42,492 nt of DNA, taken from NCBI GenBank assembly GCA_030018575.1, contig JASEIA010000001.1, positions 1 through 42,492 of the forward strand, read 5' to 3'. Shown here one piece after another: positions 8,905 to 18,037 of the stretch; the first letter of the stretch is position 1; each line of letters begins with the position of its first letter. The stretch comes from Nanobdellota archaeon. GTDB lineage: Archaea; Nanobdellota; Nanobdellia; SCGC-AAA011-G17; GW2011-AR17. The translations under genes and the position numbers were made by a program. The notes under the pieces are model-generated. The model made no database searches and was not told where the DNA came from. It saw only the letters and a program-made list of their open reading frames with translations.

Positions 8905-9103
8905 TGCGATAATAATGGTGCAAGCAGGTTAAAAAAGGTTTTGCAGGAGGCAGATTTGACGAGGGAAGGCAAAATTGCTTTTCGGAATTTTTGTAAACCT
9001 TTCAGAGTTTATTTGCCTGAACATAATGTTCCAAATGCAGGGTTGCTTCTTCATTTGTTTTGAATATATTTACATCATTCATTTTTATTCCCCCTATTTC
9101 TTC

Positions 9104-10429
9104 CTATAACCCCAGACTATTTAAAATCTTCTCTTTGTCAAACGCTTCCAAGTCCTTGTACTCCTGCCCCATACCGAGAAATAATATTGGCTTCTTTGTG
9201 ACATAAGTGACTGAAATTGCTGTCCCGCCTTTCTCATCAATGTCTGCCTTTGCCAAAACAACAGCGTCTATGCCCACTGCCTGGTCAAAGCTCCTTATCT
9301 GCTCAATGCAGTCATTGCCTGCTATCATCTCGCCAATGTATATTTTTAAGTCAGGCTTTGCCACTCTTACTATCTTTTTCATCTCATCCATCAGGTTTGC
9401 ATTGCTGTGCTGCCTTCCTGCAGTGTCTATAAGAACTACGTCAATATTTCTTGCCTTTGCCATTTCAACCGCGTCAAACGCTACTGCAGCCGGGTCTGCG
9501 CCGTAATCATGCTTTACAATCGGAACATTCAATCTCTTTGCATGCTCTTCCAATTGCTGGATTGCAGCGCTCCTCCATGTGTCTCCTGCTGCTAACACGC
9601 ATTTCAAGCCAGTCTTCTGCAGCATGTAAGCCATCTTTGCAATTGTTGTTGTTTTCCCGCTTCCATTGGCGCCAAGGAAAGATACAATGTAAGGCTTTTT
9701 CCCTTTTGCCTCTTTCACAAAGTCAACTGCCTTGTAATCGTCAAAAAGCCCGCTGATGCTCTCCCTCAGGCTTTCCACAACAGCATCCTCCACCTTACCC
9801 CTTGTTATTGGCTTTTCAACCAAGTCATTCTTGAGGTCTGCCTTTATCTTTCCAATGACTTCAAATGCAACATTGTTTTCCAGCATTGCAAGCTCCAGCT
9901 CCCAGAACAATTCATCGAATCTTTCAGGAGAGATTTTGGTTGTTGTAATTGCCTGCTTTAGGCGCGAGAAGAATCCCTTTTTCTCCTCTTGTATTACTTC
10001 TTTCTTTGGAGCTTCGTGAATAACCTCTTTCTTAGGAGTTTCGTGAATAATTTCCTTCTTAGGCTCCTCTTTTTTTGGGATTTCGCGAATAGGCTCCTCG
10101 CGGGCAACCTTTTTCTTGATTTCTTTTACAGCTTCTTTCGGCTTTTCAAAATGCTTTTTTTCCTCAACAAAAGGCTGCCTTAATTCTGCTTTTTTCTCCT
10201 CTTTTCTCAGTGTTTCCTTTGGCTTTTCTATGCGGGTTTCTTTCGGCTTTTCAGGAATTATCTCAACAGGCGGAGGCGGCACTTCTATATCCTCAATCTC
10301 CTGCTCTGTAAATATCTCTTCAGGCTCTATATGCGGCGGAAGCGGAACCTCTATGGGCTCTTCCTTCTCAATGGCAGAGCTTATCCTGCTTACTGCCGCC
10401 TTTAGCTTTTCCTTAAGGAACTTGAACAT
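9104..10429 (-). CDS. ftsY: SRP receptor FtsY
   Basis: GANGSGKTT, DTAGR, KADIDEKGG; charged Pro-rich N-terminal region. Confidence 0.97.
   Translation of the reverse strand: MFKFLKEKLKAAVSRISSAIEKEEPIEVPLPPHIEPEEIFTEQEIEDIEVPPPPVEIIPEKPKETRIEKPKETLRKEEKKAELRQPFVEEKKHFEKPKEAVKEIKKKVAREEPIREIPKKEEPKKEIIHETPKKEVIHEAPKKEVIQEEKKGFFSRLKQAITTTKISPERFDELFWELELAMLENNVAFEVIGKIKADLKNDLVEKPITRGKVEDAVVESLRESISGLFDDYKAVDFVKEAKGKKPYIVSFLGANGSGKTTTIAKMAYMLQKTGLKCVLAAGDTWRSAAIQQLEEHAKRLNVPIVKHDYGADPAAVAFDAVEMAKARNIDVVLIDTAGRQHSNANLMDEMKKIVRVAKPDLKIYIGEMIAGNDCIEQIRSFDQAVGIDAVVLAKADIDEKGGTAISVTYVTKKPILFLGMGQEYKDLEAFDKEKILNSLGL
9987..10063 (-). repeat. 27-bp coding tandem repeat (PKKE[IV]I[HQ]Ex x3) in the FtsY N-region
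   Basis: PKKEIIHET PKKEVIHEA PKKEVIQEE. Confidence 0.75.
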
Positions 10430-10762
10430 TATTGTATTGCTTGAAAACAGAATATATAAACCTTATGTTAGCGGAGCTTTTTTACGATATCCCTTACAAA
10501 ACTGCTTATGAAGTTATAGATAATGTATATATAATAGATTGCCCAGAATGCAATTAGCCCCACTATTATTGCAAGCAGTATCAGCAGGATTGTCCATAAG
10601 TCCATGCAGATTATCAGGGGTTTTTGGTATTTAAGCTTTCTGAGCTTTCAAAGCAGGCTTAGGTCTCCTAAAAAGCGCTTAACGCCTTTATAAAGTAACT
10701 AATGAGTAGTAACAAATAGAAAGGCTTATATAGGCGTAAAACAAGTTAATACTGGGGGTAAA

Positions 10763-10855
10763 ATGATAAAACCTATTCAAAAAAAGCCATTGGAAAACAG
10801 CGCAGAAGAAAAGCGCAGGAACGAGGAAGATATATTAGCAGAGGGCTATTACTAA
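10763..10855 (+). CDS. Small 30-aa protein (MIKPIQKKPLENSAEEKRRNEEDILAEGYY)
   Basis: CTTATATA box about 10725, GGGGTA RBS; ends 9 nt before the next gene. Confidence 0.5.
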   Translation: MIKPIQKKPLENSAEEKRRNEEDILAEGYY

Positions 10856-10864
10856 AGGTGAAAA

Positions 10865-11494
10865 ATGAAGCCGCTATCAGACATGCTCAACGACTACTTT
10901 GCAGGCAGGGAATTATCCGAAGATGAATTAAAGGCGGTTCTTGCGTGCAGGGAAAGGTGCATTAAGCAGGCTGCGAGCCATTCGCTTACAAGCACAACGT
11001 CTTATGCAATGTCATTTGATGTGCAGATGCAGATGCTAAGGAAATATTTTGAAAATGCTGAAACTATCATAAGGGATTCAATAAATGGCAGGAAAGCAAT
11101 CGAGCTTGGGCCCGGATGCAATCCGATGCACAAGTGGCTTCTTGAGAAGGGCGCTTCGGAATACACAGGCGTTGAGTTGTTTTATCCGCGGATATCGGAA
11201 AAAATGGTTGAAGGGGAAAATGCGAGAATTGCTGCCAATGATGCATTGTCATTTCTTGTTTCTCAGCCTGGCGAGTCAGCAATAGTTGCAAGCAGGGGTG
11301 TCCTTAACCAGGAAGTCATGCCTTCTTCGAATTATGCAAGGTTTCTGGCAAGGGAGATTTACAGGGTTACGCCCAAAGGCGGAATCACGATACATTCTAT
11401 GGGCGTGTCCTCGCTTGATGCAAAGCGCTTCTTTAGGGAAGCAGGATTCAGGCCGCTTGATGAAAGGGATTACAATGCAGTATGGGTAAAGTAA
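10865..11494 (+). CDS. Class I SAM-dependent methyltransferase-like protein
   Basis: AIELGPG, YTGVE, IYRVTPKGG. Confidence 0.65.
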   Translation: MKPLSDMLNDYFAGRELSEDELKAVLACRERCIKQAASHSLTSTTSYAMSFDVQMQMLRKYFENAETIIRDSINGRKAIELGPGCNPMHKWLLEKGASEYTGVELFYPRISEKMVEGENARIAANDALSFLVSQPGESAIVASRGVLNQEVMPSSNYARFLAREIYRVTPKGGITIHSMGVSSLDAKRFFREAGFRPLDERDYNAVWVK

Positions 11495-11529
11495 GATTTT
11501 TCCATAATTTTCCATATTTCTACCAATAT

Positions 11530-11619
11530 AGATAATTCTGCGACTTAGATGACAAATTGGCAGAATTATCTGATGGATAATTCGGTGGAATATATGACAT
11601 CTTGAACCGAATTATCCAT
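11530..11619. repeat. Twin-hairpin element copy 2
   Basis: AGATAATTCTGC-N18-GCAGAATTATCT G ATGGATAATTCGGT-N19-ACCGAATTATCCAT. Confidence 0.9.
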
Positions 11620-11768
11620 ATCTAGAATATCTAGAATATCTTGGGATTAGGCTTAAATAGCGTTTTTCTTCTGGTTTTCCTGTAAGGTTTGCAGGGGTTT
11701 TGGAATTCCGGCTTTGCCGAAAGCGCAAGCCAGTATCCCGGAAAAATCCCCTGCAGGAGAACTAACAA

Positions 11769-12242
11769 ATGGAAATGGACAAGAGGGAAATGCTCATAAT
11801 ATCTGCCCTGAGGCAGAACTGCAGGCAGAGCCTGACTGACATGAGCAAGGAGACAAGGATACCAATCTCGACAATACACGAGAGGATTAACTGCTATGAC
11901 AAGACGCTGATAAAAAAGCACACTGCACTGATTGACTTTGCAAAGCTTGGATTCAACACAAGGGCGAAAGTGCTTATCAAGGTTGAGAAAGAGCAGAGAA
12001 AGAAGCTGCAGGATTTTCTTGAAGACTGCAAAAACGTCAACACCCTGCTGAAAGTGAACAACGGGTTTGATTTCCTTGCAGACATGGTTTTTCCGCACAT
12101 AAAGGAAATGGAGGACTTTGTCGAGGGAATAGAGAAGAAGTTCAGGGTTTTGAACAAGGAAGTGTTTTATGTCATTGATGAGCTGAAGATGGAGGAGTTT
12201 CTTGCAGACCCTGCGCTTGTAATGATGGAGCAGAATGATTGA
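11769..12242 (+). CDS. Lrp/AsnC family transcriptional regulator
   Basis: LRQNCRQSLTDMS..PISTIHER HTH; IDFAKLG; RAM domain. Confidence 0.9.
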   Translation: MEMDKREMLIISALRQNCRQSLTDMSKETRIPISTIHERINCYDKTLIKKHTALIDFAKLGFNTRAKVLIKVEKEQRKKLQDFLEDCKNVNTLLKVNNGFDFLADMVFPHIKEMEDFVEGIEKKFRVLNKEVFYVIDELKMEEFLADPALVMMEQND

Positions 12243-13341
12243 GGAAATAAACAGCTATTTTAAGGAGCGCTTTGGGGTTTCTGTTGCAGAAACAAAGCTG
12301 CATTCCCATTCAGAATCAGAATGGAAGCAGTTCTCTGAAAGCAATGGATTCAATGCAGACGGGGCTTATCTTGTAAGAGGCAGGGAGGCGCACGTGAATG
12401 CCGATTCAAGGTTTGCGGCGATAGACACATTTCACGAGTATTTCGGGCACGGGCTTTACACAGAGCATTCTGTTATTGGCAAAAAGCTTTATTCGCTTGA
12501 GCAGAAGCTGATGAATGAGGAGAAGGAGGCAGGCGTATCTTCAAGGGAAGAGCTGGGGAGATTCAGGGAGAATAGCGATACCTGCAGGGAAATAAGGGAA
12601 TTCCAGGAAAAGACAATCGCACCTTACGAGGGCTTTGCAATGTGGATGGAATGGCACTTGTCGATGCTTACAGGAAAAATGCCGCTTTACGAAAAAAAGG
12701 AGGCTTGCAGGAGCGAAGGGGCAAGGCGCCTGACAAATGAATTCATTGAATTCTCAAGGCAAAACACTGACTATGCATTGCTGTATGCCAACGGCTTTCC
12801 AAAGCATTGCAATATGGCTGTTTTGAATGAAATTGCAAGGAATGTGTTCAGAAATGACTTGAATTCAATTGCTTTTGCATTGGTTTACGGCTCTCGCAAG
12901 CCTTATTCAGACATTGACCTGTTTATCGTGTCTGACAAGATTCCCTGCTTTTTCACAGGCTGGCTTGACGTGTATTCAGTGCCAAGAGAGAAATTCAGCG
13001 AACTGCTTTCAAAGCAGGACATATCAATAACAGACGCATTGTGCTCGGGGGAATTGATTTATGGGAATAATGCATCTTTTCAGAATGCAAAACATAAGGC
13101 GGTTTCTGCGCCTCCTTCCAAAGAGGCAATTGATTTTCATTTAAACCATGCCTGCAAAGCAAAAGAGCTTTCTGAAAAGTGCACGGATGCAAGGGAAAAA
13201 AGAAGCGCTGCAAGGTATGCTGTTTCTTACAGGCTGAATGCGATTGAAATGCAGAGAGGAAGAAAGCCGCTTACATTGAACACCTTAATGGAAAGGTATC
13301 CTGAGCAATTCAGGCCATTTGAAAAGCCTTATATAGAATAA
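12235..13341 (+). CDS. Putative zincin-like domain fused to a Pol-beta-type nucleotidyltransferase domain
   Basis: FHEYFGH...YEGFA in the N-half; LVYGS..SDIDLF in the C-half. Confidence 0.55.
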   Translation: MIEEINSYFKERFGVSVAETKLHSHSESEWKQFSESNGFNADGAYLVRGREAHVNADSRFAAIDTFHEYFGHGLYTEHSVIGKKLYSLEQKLMNEEKEAGVSSREELGRFRENSDTCREIREFQEKTIAPYEGFAMWMEWHLSMLTGKMPLYEKKEACRSEGARRLTNEFIEFSRQNTDYALLYANGFPKHCNMAVLNEIARNVFRNDLNSIAFALVYGSRKPYSDIDLFIVSDKIPCFFTGWLDVYSVPREKFSELLSKQDISITDALCSGELIYGNNASFQNAKHKAVSAPPSKEAIDFHLNHACKAKELSEKCTDAREKRSAARYAVSYRLNAIEMQRGRKPLTLNTLMERYPEQFRPFEKPYIE

Positions 13342-13357
13342 ATAACACTTAATTCAC

Positions 13358-13516
13358 ATGGAGCCAAGCCAAAGAAACGCGCTATACAGGGGCGCTGTTG
13401 AAAGGTACGCTCACGCGCCGCCTGAAAAGCCAAGAATGAGATTCCCGTGGGGAATTATAATAGCTCTTTTGATACTAATACTTGTTTATTATGTCGTGAA
13501 CAAGTTCTTATTTTGA
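13358..13516 (+). CDS. Small 52-aa membrane protein
   Basis: MEPSQRNALY...PWGIIIALLILILVYYVVNKFLF; CCTTATATA box about 30 nt upstream; below the ORF track cutoff. Confidence 0.6.
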   Translation: MEPSQRNALYRGAVERYAHAPPEKPRMRFPWGIIIALLILILVYYVVNKFLF

Positions 13517-14143
13517 AGAAGCTTGCTGGCTTCTTGCGTTCTGCAGCTCTTCATCAACCACCGGCTTGAAAGGCGGTATCGGAGCAGGGCAAACCAATGA
13601 CAAACCAATCTCTGCCGTCACTGTGCCAACCTTTGTCCTCGGCCTCCATGCTGTAGCCTGGAACTGAGTCCTGCCTTGCTCGTCGCGGTAATAATACCCA
13701 TCTGTCGGGCATTCCGGAGACCAAACAATGCATTCAATCCTGCCGCCTTCTGCCCCTTCAGGAAGCTCAAATTCCATTATATCAAGAGAGCGCATGTCTA
13801 AGGCATTACTCCCTCCAACATGGGAAATCTGCCCGTCACGCGCTATATAATTGACAAAAAACTCGTACTGAATCCAAGACAATGCGCAATTGTTGTCTGC
13901 GGAAGGCCTGCATTTTAATCTCAGGTTTTCAGCGTAAGCATGCTCGCCCCTGTAATCATAAGGATAGTTCCTTGCTTTCATCGTAAAGCTGATATCCCTT
14001 ACCCTTTCTGTGAATTTGGGTTCGATGCTCACAGCCCTTGTTGAATCATCAAGAAAATACGTGTCAAGGCAGTCCTCCTGTATGCATCCCAGTGAAGAAG
14101 CGATTCCTGCCGCGGCTAAAATTAAAGCGAGTTTTGTTGTCAT
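13508..14143 (-). CDS. Secreted/lipoprotein-like hypothetical protein
   Basis: Signal peptide ending SSLGC (lipobox-like); Cys-containing. Confidence 0.65.
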   Translation of the reverse strand: MTTKLALILAAAGIASSLGCIQEDCLDTYFLDDSTRAVSIEPKFTERVRDISFTMKARNYPYDYRGEHAYAENLRLKCRPSADNNCALSWIQYEFFVNYIARDGQISHVGGSNALDMRSLDIMEFELPEGAEGGRIECIVWSPECPTDGYYYRDEQGRTQFQATAWRPRTKVGTVTAEIGLSLVCPAPIPPFKPVVDEELQNARSQQASSK

Positions 14144-14213
14144 TTTATCGTAAATACCCCTGAAAAAAGAGATATGCGGGTACTATATAAACCTATCTAA
14201 ACTAAACAGAAAT

Positions 14214-14813
14214 TTATCTCGAGGCGTCGCACTGCCTTTCTAATTCAAGCTTCTTTGCGATTGCGTTTGAGCTTTGGTCAAGGTTAAAAGCTTTTATAAT
14301 CTCGTCAGCCAGGGCTTCTTCGATGTGCTTCTTTGTGTTGAATGATTTTGCGTATGAGCCCTGAACCATCATCTTCATTGCAAGGTCAACCCTTCTCTGG
14401 GGCGCGCACTCGACTGCTTTGGGGTATTTCGCCCCGCCGTACTCTATGGTTGTTATTTCCTCCCTCGGAGCGGCGTTCTCAATCGCCTTTACAAGAACCC
14501 CTACAGGGTTCTTTTTTACCCTTGATTCGATTATTGCAAGGCACTTCTCCATAATCTTGTACTTGCCCAATGCCTTGCCGCAGCAGTGGCCTGAGCTTGT
14601 CTTGTGCTTCTTGCCCTTGTGCCCTGGCACCATTATCTTGTTCATCATTCTTTCAACAACATTGCTTTTTGTCTTCCAGAACATAATGCCTATGTTTCTC
14701 CCGCCTGTCCTTGGTATGATAAGAGGATGGAGGTTTATGTAATCCTTCAATCCGGGGTCATCCGCCTTTATTGCTGAAGTGTCCCACTTGTTGAACAGCA
14801 TTATCTTGCTCAT
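14214..14813 (-). CDS. rps7: 30S ribosomal protein uS7
   Basis: [29 protein letters not shown] 14813 overlaps the rps12 stop. Confidence 0.97.
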   Translation of the reverse strand: MSKIMLFNKWDTSAIKADDPGLKDYINLHPLIIPRTGGRNIGIMFWKTKSNVVERMMNKIMVPGHKGKKHKTSSGHCCGKALGKYKIMEKCLAIIESRVKKNPVGVLVKAIENAAPREEITTIEYGGAKYPKAVECAPQRRVDLAMKMMVQGSYAKSFNTKKHIEEALADEIIKAFNLDQSSNAIAKKLELERQCDASR

Positions 14814-15247
14814 CTTCTTCCCTTCTCTATCTTTCCTTTCCACAATGCGTAAAGGCTCTGGTCATTGACTTTTATTACCTGCCATCTGACGCAGGGAACA
14901 TCGCCCTTTGCCCTTCCCATTTTTCCGCCGATGCACTCAATCACAACCTCGTCGTGCTCGTCGATGAACTTGATTGCGTTATAGCCGGGAACAAATGCAG
15001 TAACTTTCTTGCCGTTTTTTATTAACTGGCATCTCACGCACTTTCTCATTGCCGAGTTTGGCTGCTTTGCCTCTAATTGGACTTTCTCTAGAACTATTGC
15101 CTTTGCCTGTGAGCTTCCCCTTAACGGGTCTGCCTTTTTTCTTAATTGGAAAACTCTTCTTATGAACTTGCTGTCGCACTGCCTGCTGGCTTTCCTTCTC
15201 TTCTTAAGCTTGTTGCCTGCGTACATTCCTTTTGATTTGCTTCCCAT
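14810..15247 (-). CDS. rps12: 30S ribosomal protein uS12
   Basis: [22 protein letters not shown]. Confidence 0.97.
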   Translation of the reverse strand: MGSKSKGMYAGNKLKKRRKASRQCDSKFIRRVFQLRKKADPLRGSSQAKAIVLEKVQLEAKQPNSAMRKCVRCQLIKNGKKVTAFVPGYNAIKFIDEHDEVVIECIGGKMGRAKGDVPCVRWQVIKVNDQSLYALWKGKIEKGRR

Positions 15248-15626
15248 TTTATCAGTATGAGGAGAAGCACGTTATTTATAAACGTTGCGGTGAGCCCGAA
15301 GGAGAAAGGTTTGGAACGCAAGTGAGAAAACGTTGCGGTAGGCATGAGTAAGAAGCATATGCCGTGATAGGGGTTATTCTTAATGTAGAAGTTATGGATA
15401 TGCTGTTTAAAGGGTGAGGAGAGACGTTGTTAGTGTAGTGAGGGGCGGATGTGATTAATCTGCGTTCAGTCATAATTGTAAGAAAGAGAGAATAAGAGCT
15501 ATAAGAACTATTGAGAATGAGCCAAGGAAAAGATACGCAGAGAAGGAGGTTTGGGGGATAAATGCTTAGTTCTTAGATTAACTCGCAGCCCAAAACCCTG
15601 CCCAGCCATTTCTACCGAAAGGCTTA

Positions 15627-15665
15627 TATAGTAATTATACTATAAGATTATAGTAATATTACTAT
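15627..15665. promoter_or_regulatory. Two palindromes over the promoter and start codon (likely operator)
   Basis: TATAGTA-atta-TACTATA and perfect ATAGTAATATTACTAT. Confidence 0.6.
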
Positions 15666-16710
15666 GAAACAGATAACTTACCGGATGTTGGATGCCCTTG
15701 GCAGAACCCTCGGCAGGCAGATTTCAATAAGCGAATTAGCCAGGGCAATAAGAAAACTCCGCGGCTCCGCATATTACAAGAACATTTACGATGAAACAAA
15801 ATCCCTGCGAAAGCAGGGGATTATCACCATCAATGAATCAGGCAATTCATGCCTGCTCAGCCTAAACCCCTCCTGCAGCGGAATAGCAGACGTGATGGCG
15901 GAAGCAGAGATTATAAGAAAAAGAGAGCTGCTTGCCGGCCGTGAAAACAGGATGCTGCTGGCTGCTGACATTGAGGCTGAATTCAGGGCAGGGCACGCCA
16001 TAAGCGCAATTGCCATGATAAACCCCGAGCAAAATTTCAGGCTTAACAGGGCTGAGCTGCTTTTTATCCTGCAAGAAACATGCGATTCCGATGAAAGAGA
16101 AGGCATCCTGCTGAAGGCAAGGGGGCTTGAAAAGAAGCACGGAACAATAATAGACTGCATTCTGCTTAATGAGCAGAAGCTCATTGAGATGCTCAGCAAT
16201 GGCGAAGCAAACCCCTTGAAGGCGATGCTTATGGACAAGATTGCAATAAGCTCCCCCCAGGCATTCTGGGCTGTGCTGATGCAGGCGATGAAAGAAGGGA
16301 GGAGAATACTGCTGCAGGAATACATCAAGCCAAAGGAAGATGATTTGATGCATAACATGGCAAGGCTGGGATACAGGGAGATAGGGTGGAAGCCCGAAAA
16401 AGCAATGGATTATTCCATTGAGCCGCTGATAGCGGAAATACTCGCCAAGGGCAGCGCGAGAATGAATGAGGCCGTACCAATCCTTCTGGCAAAAAATCCT
16501 TTGGATTATTCACTCCTTATATTCCTTTGCAGGAGAACCCGCCTTGCGGGAAAGCTTCTCGGCATTCTTTCTGCAATGAAAAAGATTAAAAGCAGCAAAG
16601 AGCTGGAAATTGCAATAAGGATAATATACGGCATATACGGCGAGAAAGAAATAAAAGCTGATGAGAAAAGCATAAGGCAGAAAATGAGGCTGTACAGCGC
16701 ATGGCAATAA
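15664..16710 (+). CDS. wHTH-containing protein, putative antitoxin partner of the downstream nucleotidyltransferase
   Basis: SISELARAI..YYKNIY..LRKQGII wHTH; overlaps the next gene. Confidence 0.55.
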   Translation: MKQITYRMLDALGRTLGRQISISELARAIRKLRGSAYYKNIYDETKSLRKQGIITINESGNSCLLSLNPSCSGIADVMAEAEIIRKRELLAGRENRMLLAADIEAEFRAGHAISAIAMINPEQNFRLNRAELLFILQETCDSDEREGILLKARGLEKKHGTIIDCILLNEQKLIEMLSNGEANPLKAMLMDKIAISSPQAFWAVLMQAMKEGRRILLQEYIKPKEDDLMHNMARLGYREIGWKPEKAMDYSIEPLIAEILAKGSARMNEAVPILLAKNPLDYSLLIFLCRRTRLAGKLLGILSAMKKIKSSKELEIAIRIIYGIYGEKEIKADEKSIRQKMRLYSAWQ

Positions 16711-17209
16711 CAAAAATAGAGCTTCTTGAATTTTTGGAAGAGATTGATAAGATTATTGGGAAGGCTGTTACCTTAATTGCTGTAGGAGGCACTGCAATGA
16801 CGCTGCTGGACCTGAAAGCTTCAACATTAGACATTGATTTTGACCTGAGCGCAGAAGACGTTGATGTATTCAGGAAAGTGGTAAAAAGCCTGCCTCCTGG
16901 GCCAAGAGTTGACATATTCACGAAGGCATGATATTTTCCCAGCAGCTGCCTGACGATTATCTTGAGAAATGCATTCCTGTAAAAGTGAAGTTTGCCCATA
17001 TAAGGCTGCTTGCGCTGCATCCTATAGATATTGTAGTTACCAAGATTGGCAGGCTGAATGAAAGGGATGTGGAAGACATTAAATCGTGTGTTAATAAGTT
17101 CAGGCTTGCGAAGAAGGATGTTGAAAAGAGGGCTTTGCAGGTCGTGGATGTGGGGAGAGAGGAGAATTACAGGATTAATTTGAAGTATGCCTTGAAAGAG
17201 TTCTTTTGA
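16701..17209 (+). pseudogene. AbiEii/DUF6036-like nucleotidyltransferase split by a frameshift near 16922
   Basis: IAVGGTAM..STLDIDF (16701-16931) and DIVVTKIGRLNERD (16928-17209); adding one base gives DIFT-E-GMIFS. Confidence 0.75.
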
Positions 17210-17233
17210 AAGGCGGCGGGAGAGCGCCCCTGA
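17210..17233 (+). repeat. 24-bp direct repeat, left copy
   Basis: AAGGCGGCGGGAGAGCGCCCCTGA; 20/24 identical to 17643-17666. Confidence 0.75.
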
Positions 17234-17312
17234 ACCTCCGTTATATTCCTATAGGAATATTTTTGTCAATAAATTATTTATATGCCCTTATGTTAGCTTT
17301 ACTGTGGTTAAA

Positions 17313-17666
17313 ATGTCAAAATACAATAAAATACGGACAAAATATGCAAGGAACAAGCTGAAGCAGGCGGGTCCGAAGGACAAGGATTACATAGATGCGC
17401 TGATACGGATAGAGGAATTTGCTGAAGGCAGGGTATACGGATTGTATAGCGGTTATGAAAGAGAGGCTCTTAAGAGCAGGTTCCCTGCTGAATGGAAAGC
17501 CGTTAACATGGAGATTCGCCCCAAGGCGTTTATTCAGGAGCTCGAGGAAGAGCGGAAAGAGGGAGAAAGGCTTGGCAAGGCTGTAAAAGAGATAGAACGG
17601 GAAGATCGACTTGAAGCGCAGGAACAGATGAGGGCGTGGAGGAAGGCGGTAAGGGAGCGCCCCTGA
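17313..17666 (+). CDS. Hypothetical protein
   Basis: TTTATAT box upstream; its stop codon lies inside the right direct repeat. Confidence 0.65.
   Translation: MSKYNKIRTKYARNKLKQAGPKDKDYIDALIRIEEFAEGRVYGLYSGYEREALKSRFPAEWKAVNMEIRPKAFIQELEEERKEGERLGKAVKEIEREDRLEAQEQMRAWRKAVRERP
17643..17666 (+). repeat. 24-bp direct repeat, right copy
   Basis: AAGGCGGTAAGGGAGCGCCCCTGA. Confidence 0.75.
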
Positions 17667-17677
17667 GCCCAAAAATA

Positions 17678-18037
17678 TTATTTTAATTTATGGCTGTCCA
17701 CTGCAGGCGCCCCTATAAAGCGCAGGAAATCCCATCTTCTGAAATCAAGCTTCTTTATCTTGAAATAAGCGCTTAAGAGCCCAATCTCCTTTTCCTGGGG
17801 CTTATGGAGGATTACAATGCAATGCGATTCTGTTATGCTCTTAAAATTCCTTAATATCTCATCATAAGAAGGGTATTCTATTACCTGCATATGTTCGTTC
17901 TCAGGATTTATATTGCCTGCTTTTACAAACAGTTTCCTGTCAGCTTCTCCAAGCAGAAAATCAAAAAAGTAGCCTGCATCATTTACAAGAATTGTCCTTT
18001 CCATTATTGGCAATTCTCCGAGCATTGCCTGTTTCAC
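17678..18037 (-). CDS. Hypothetical protein
   Basis: GTG start overlapping the upstream stop. Confidence 0.5.
   Translation of the reverse strand: MKQAMLGELPIMERTILVNDAGYFFDFLLGEADRKLFVKAGNINPENEHMQVIEYPSYDEILRNFKSITESHCIVILHKPQEKEIGLLSAYFKIKKLDFRRWDFLRFIGAPAVDSHKLK

Noticed and set aside
11530..11619. Reading the twin-hairpin element as a mini-CRISPR (repeat GAATTATCTGATGGATAATTC, 24-25 nt spacers)
   Set aside because: Only one full repeat per locus, no cas genes, and the compensatory changes pair the arms across the spacer rather than within the repeat. Copy 1 is cut by the window edge, so a longer array upstream cannot be excluded.
11703..11723. TTCCGG(CT/AC)TTGCCGAAAG shared with about 20103-20120, upstream of two HTH genes
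   Set aside because: Two imperfect copies in opposite orientation relative to their genes; too weak to call a site.
14214..15247. rps12-rps7 not followed by EF-2
   Set aside because: Break-up of this operon is common in reduced archaeal genomes.
15279..15580. Purine-rich intergenic region with a 12-bp direct repeat AAACGTTGCGGT and short ORFs
   Set aside because: Only two short copies, no convincing coding signal or structure.
15786..16358. Long antisense ORFs (also 6016-6456, 26751-27239, 34531-35037 and others)
   Set aside because: Shadows of well-supported genes on the opposite strand, with Ser/Phe-rich composition and no motifs.
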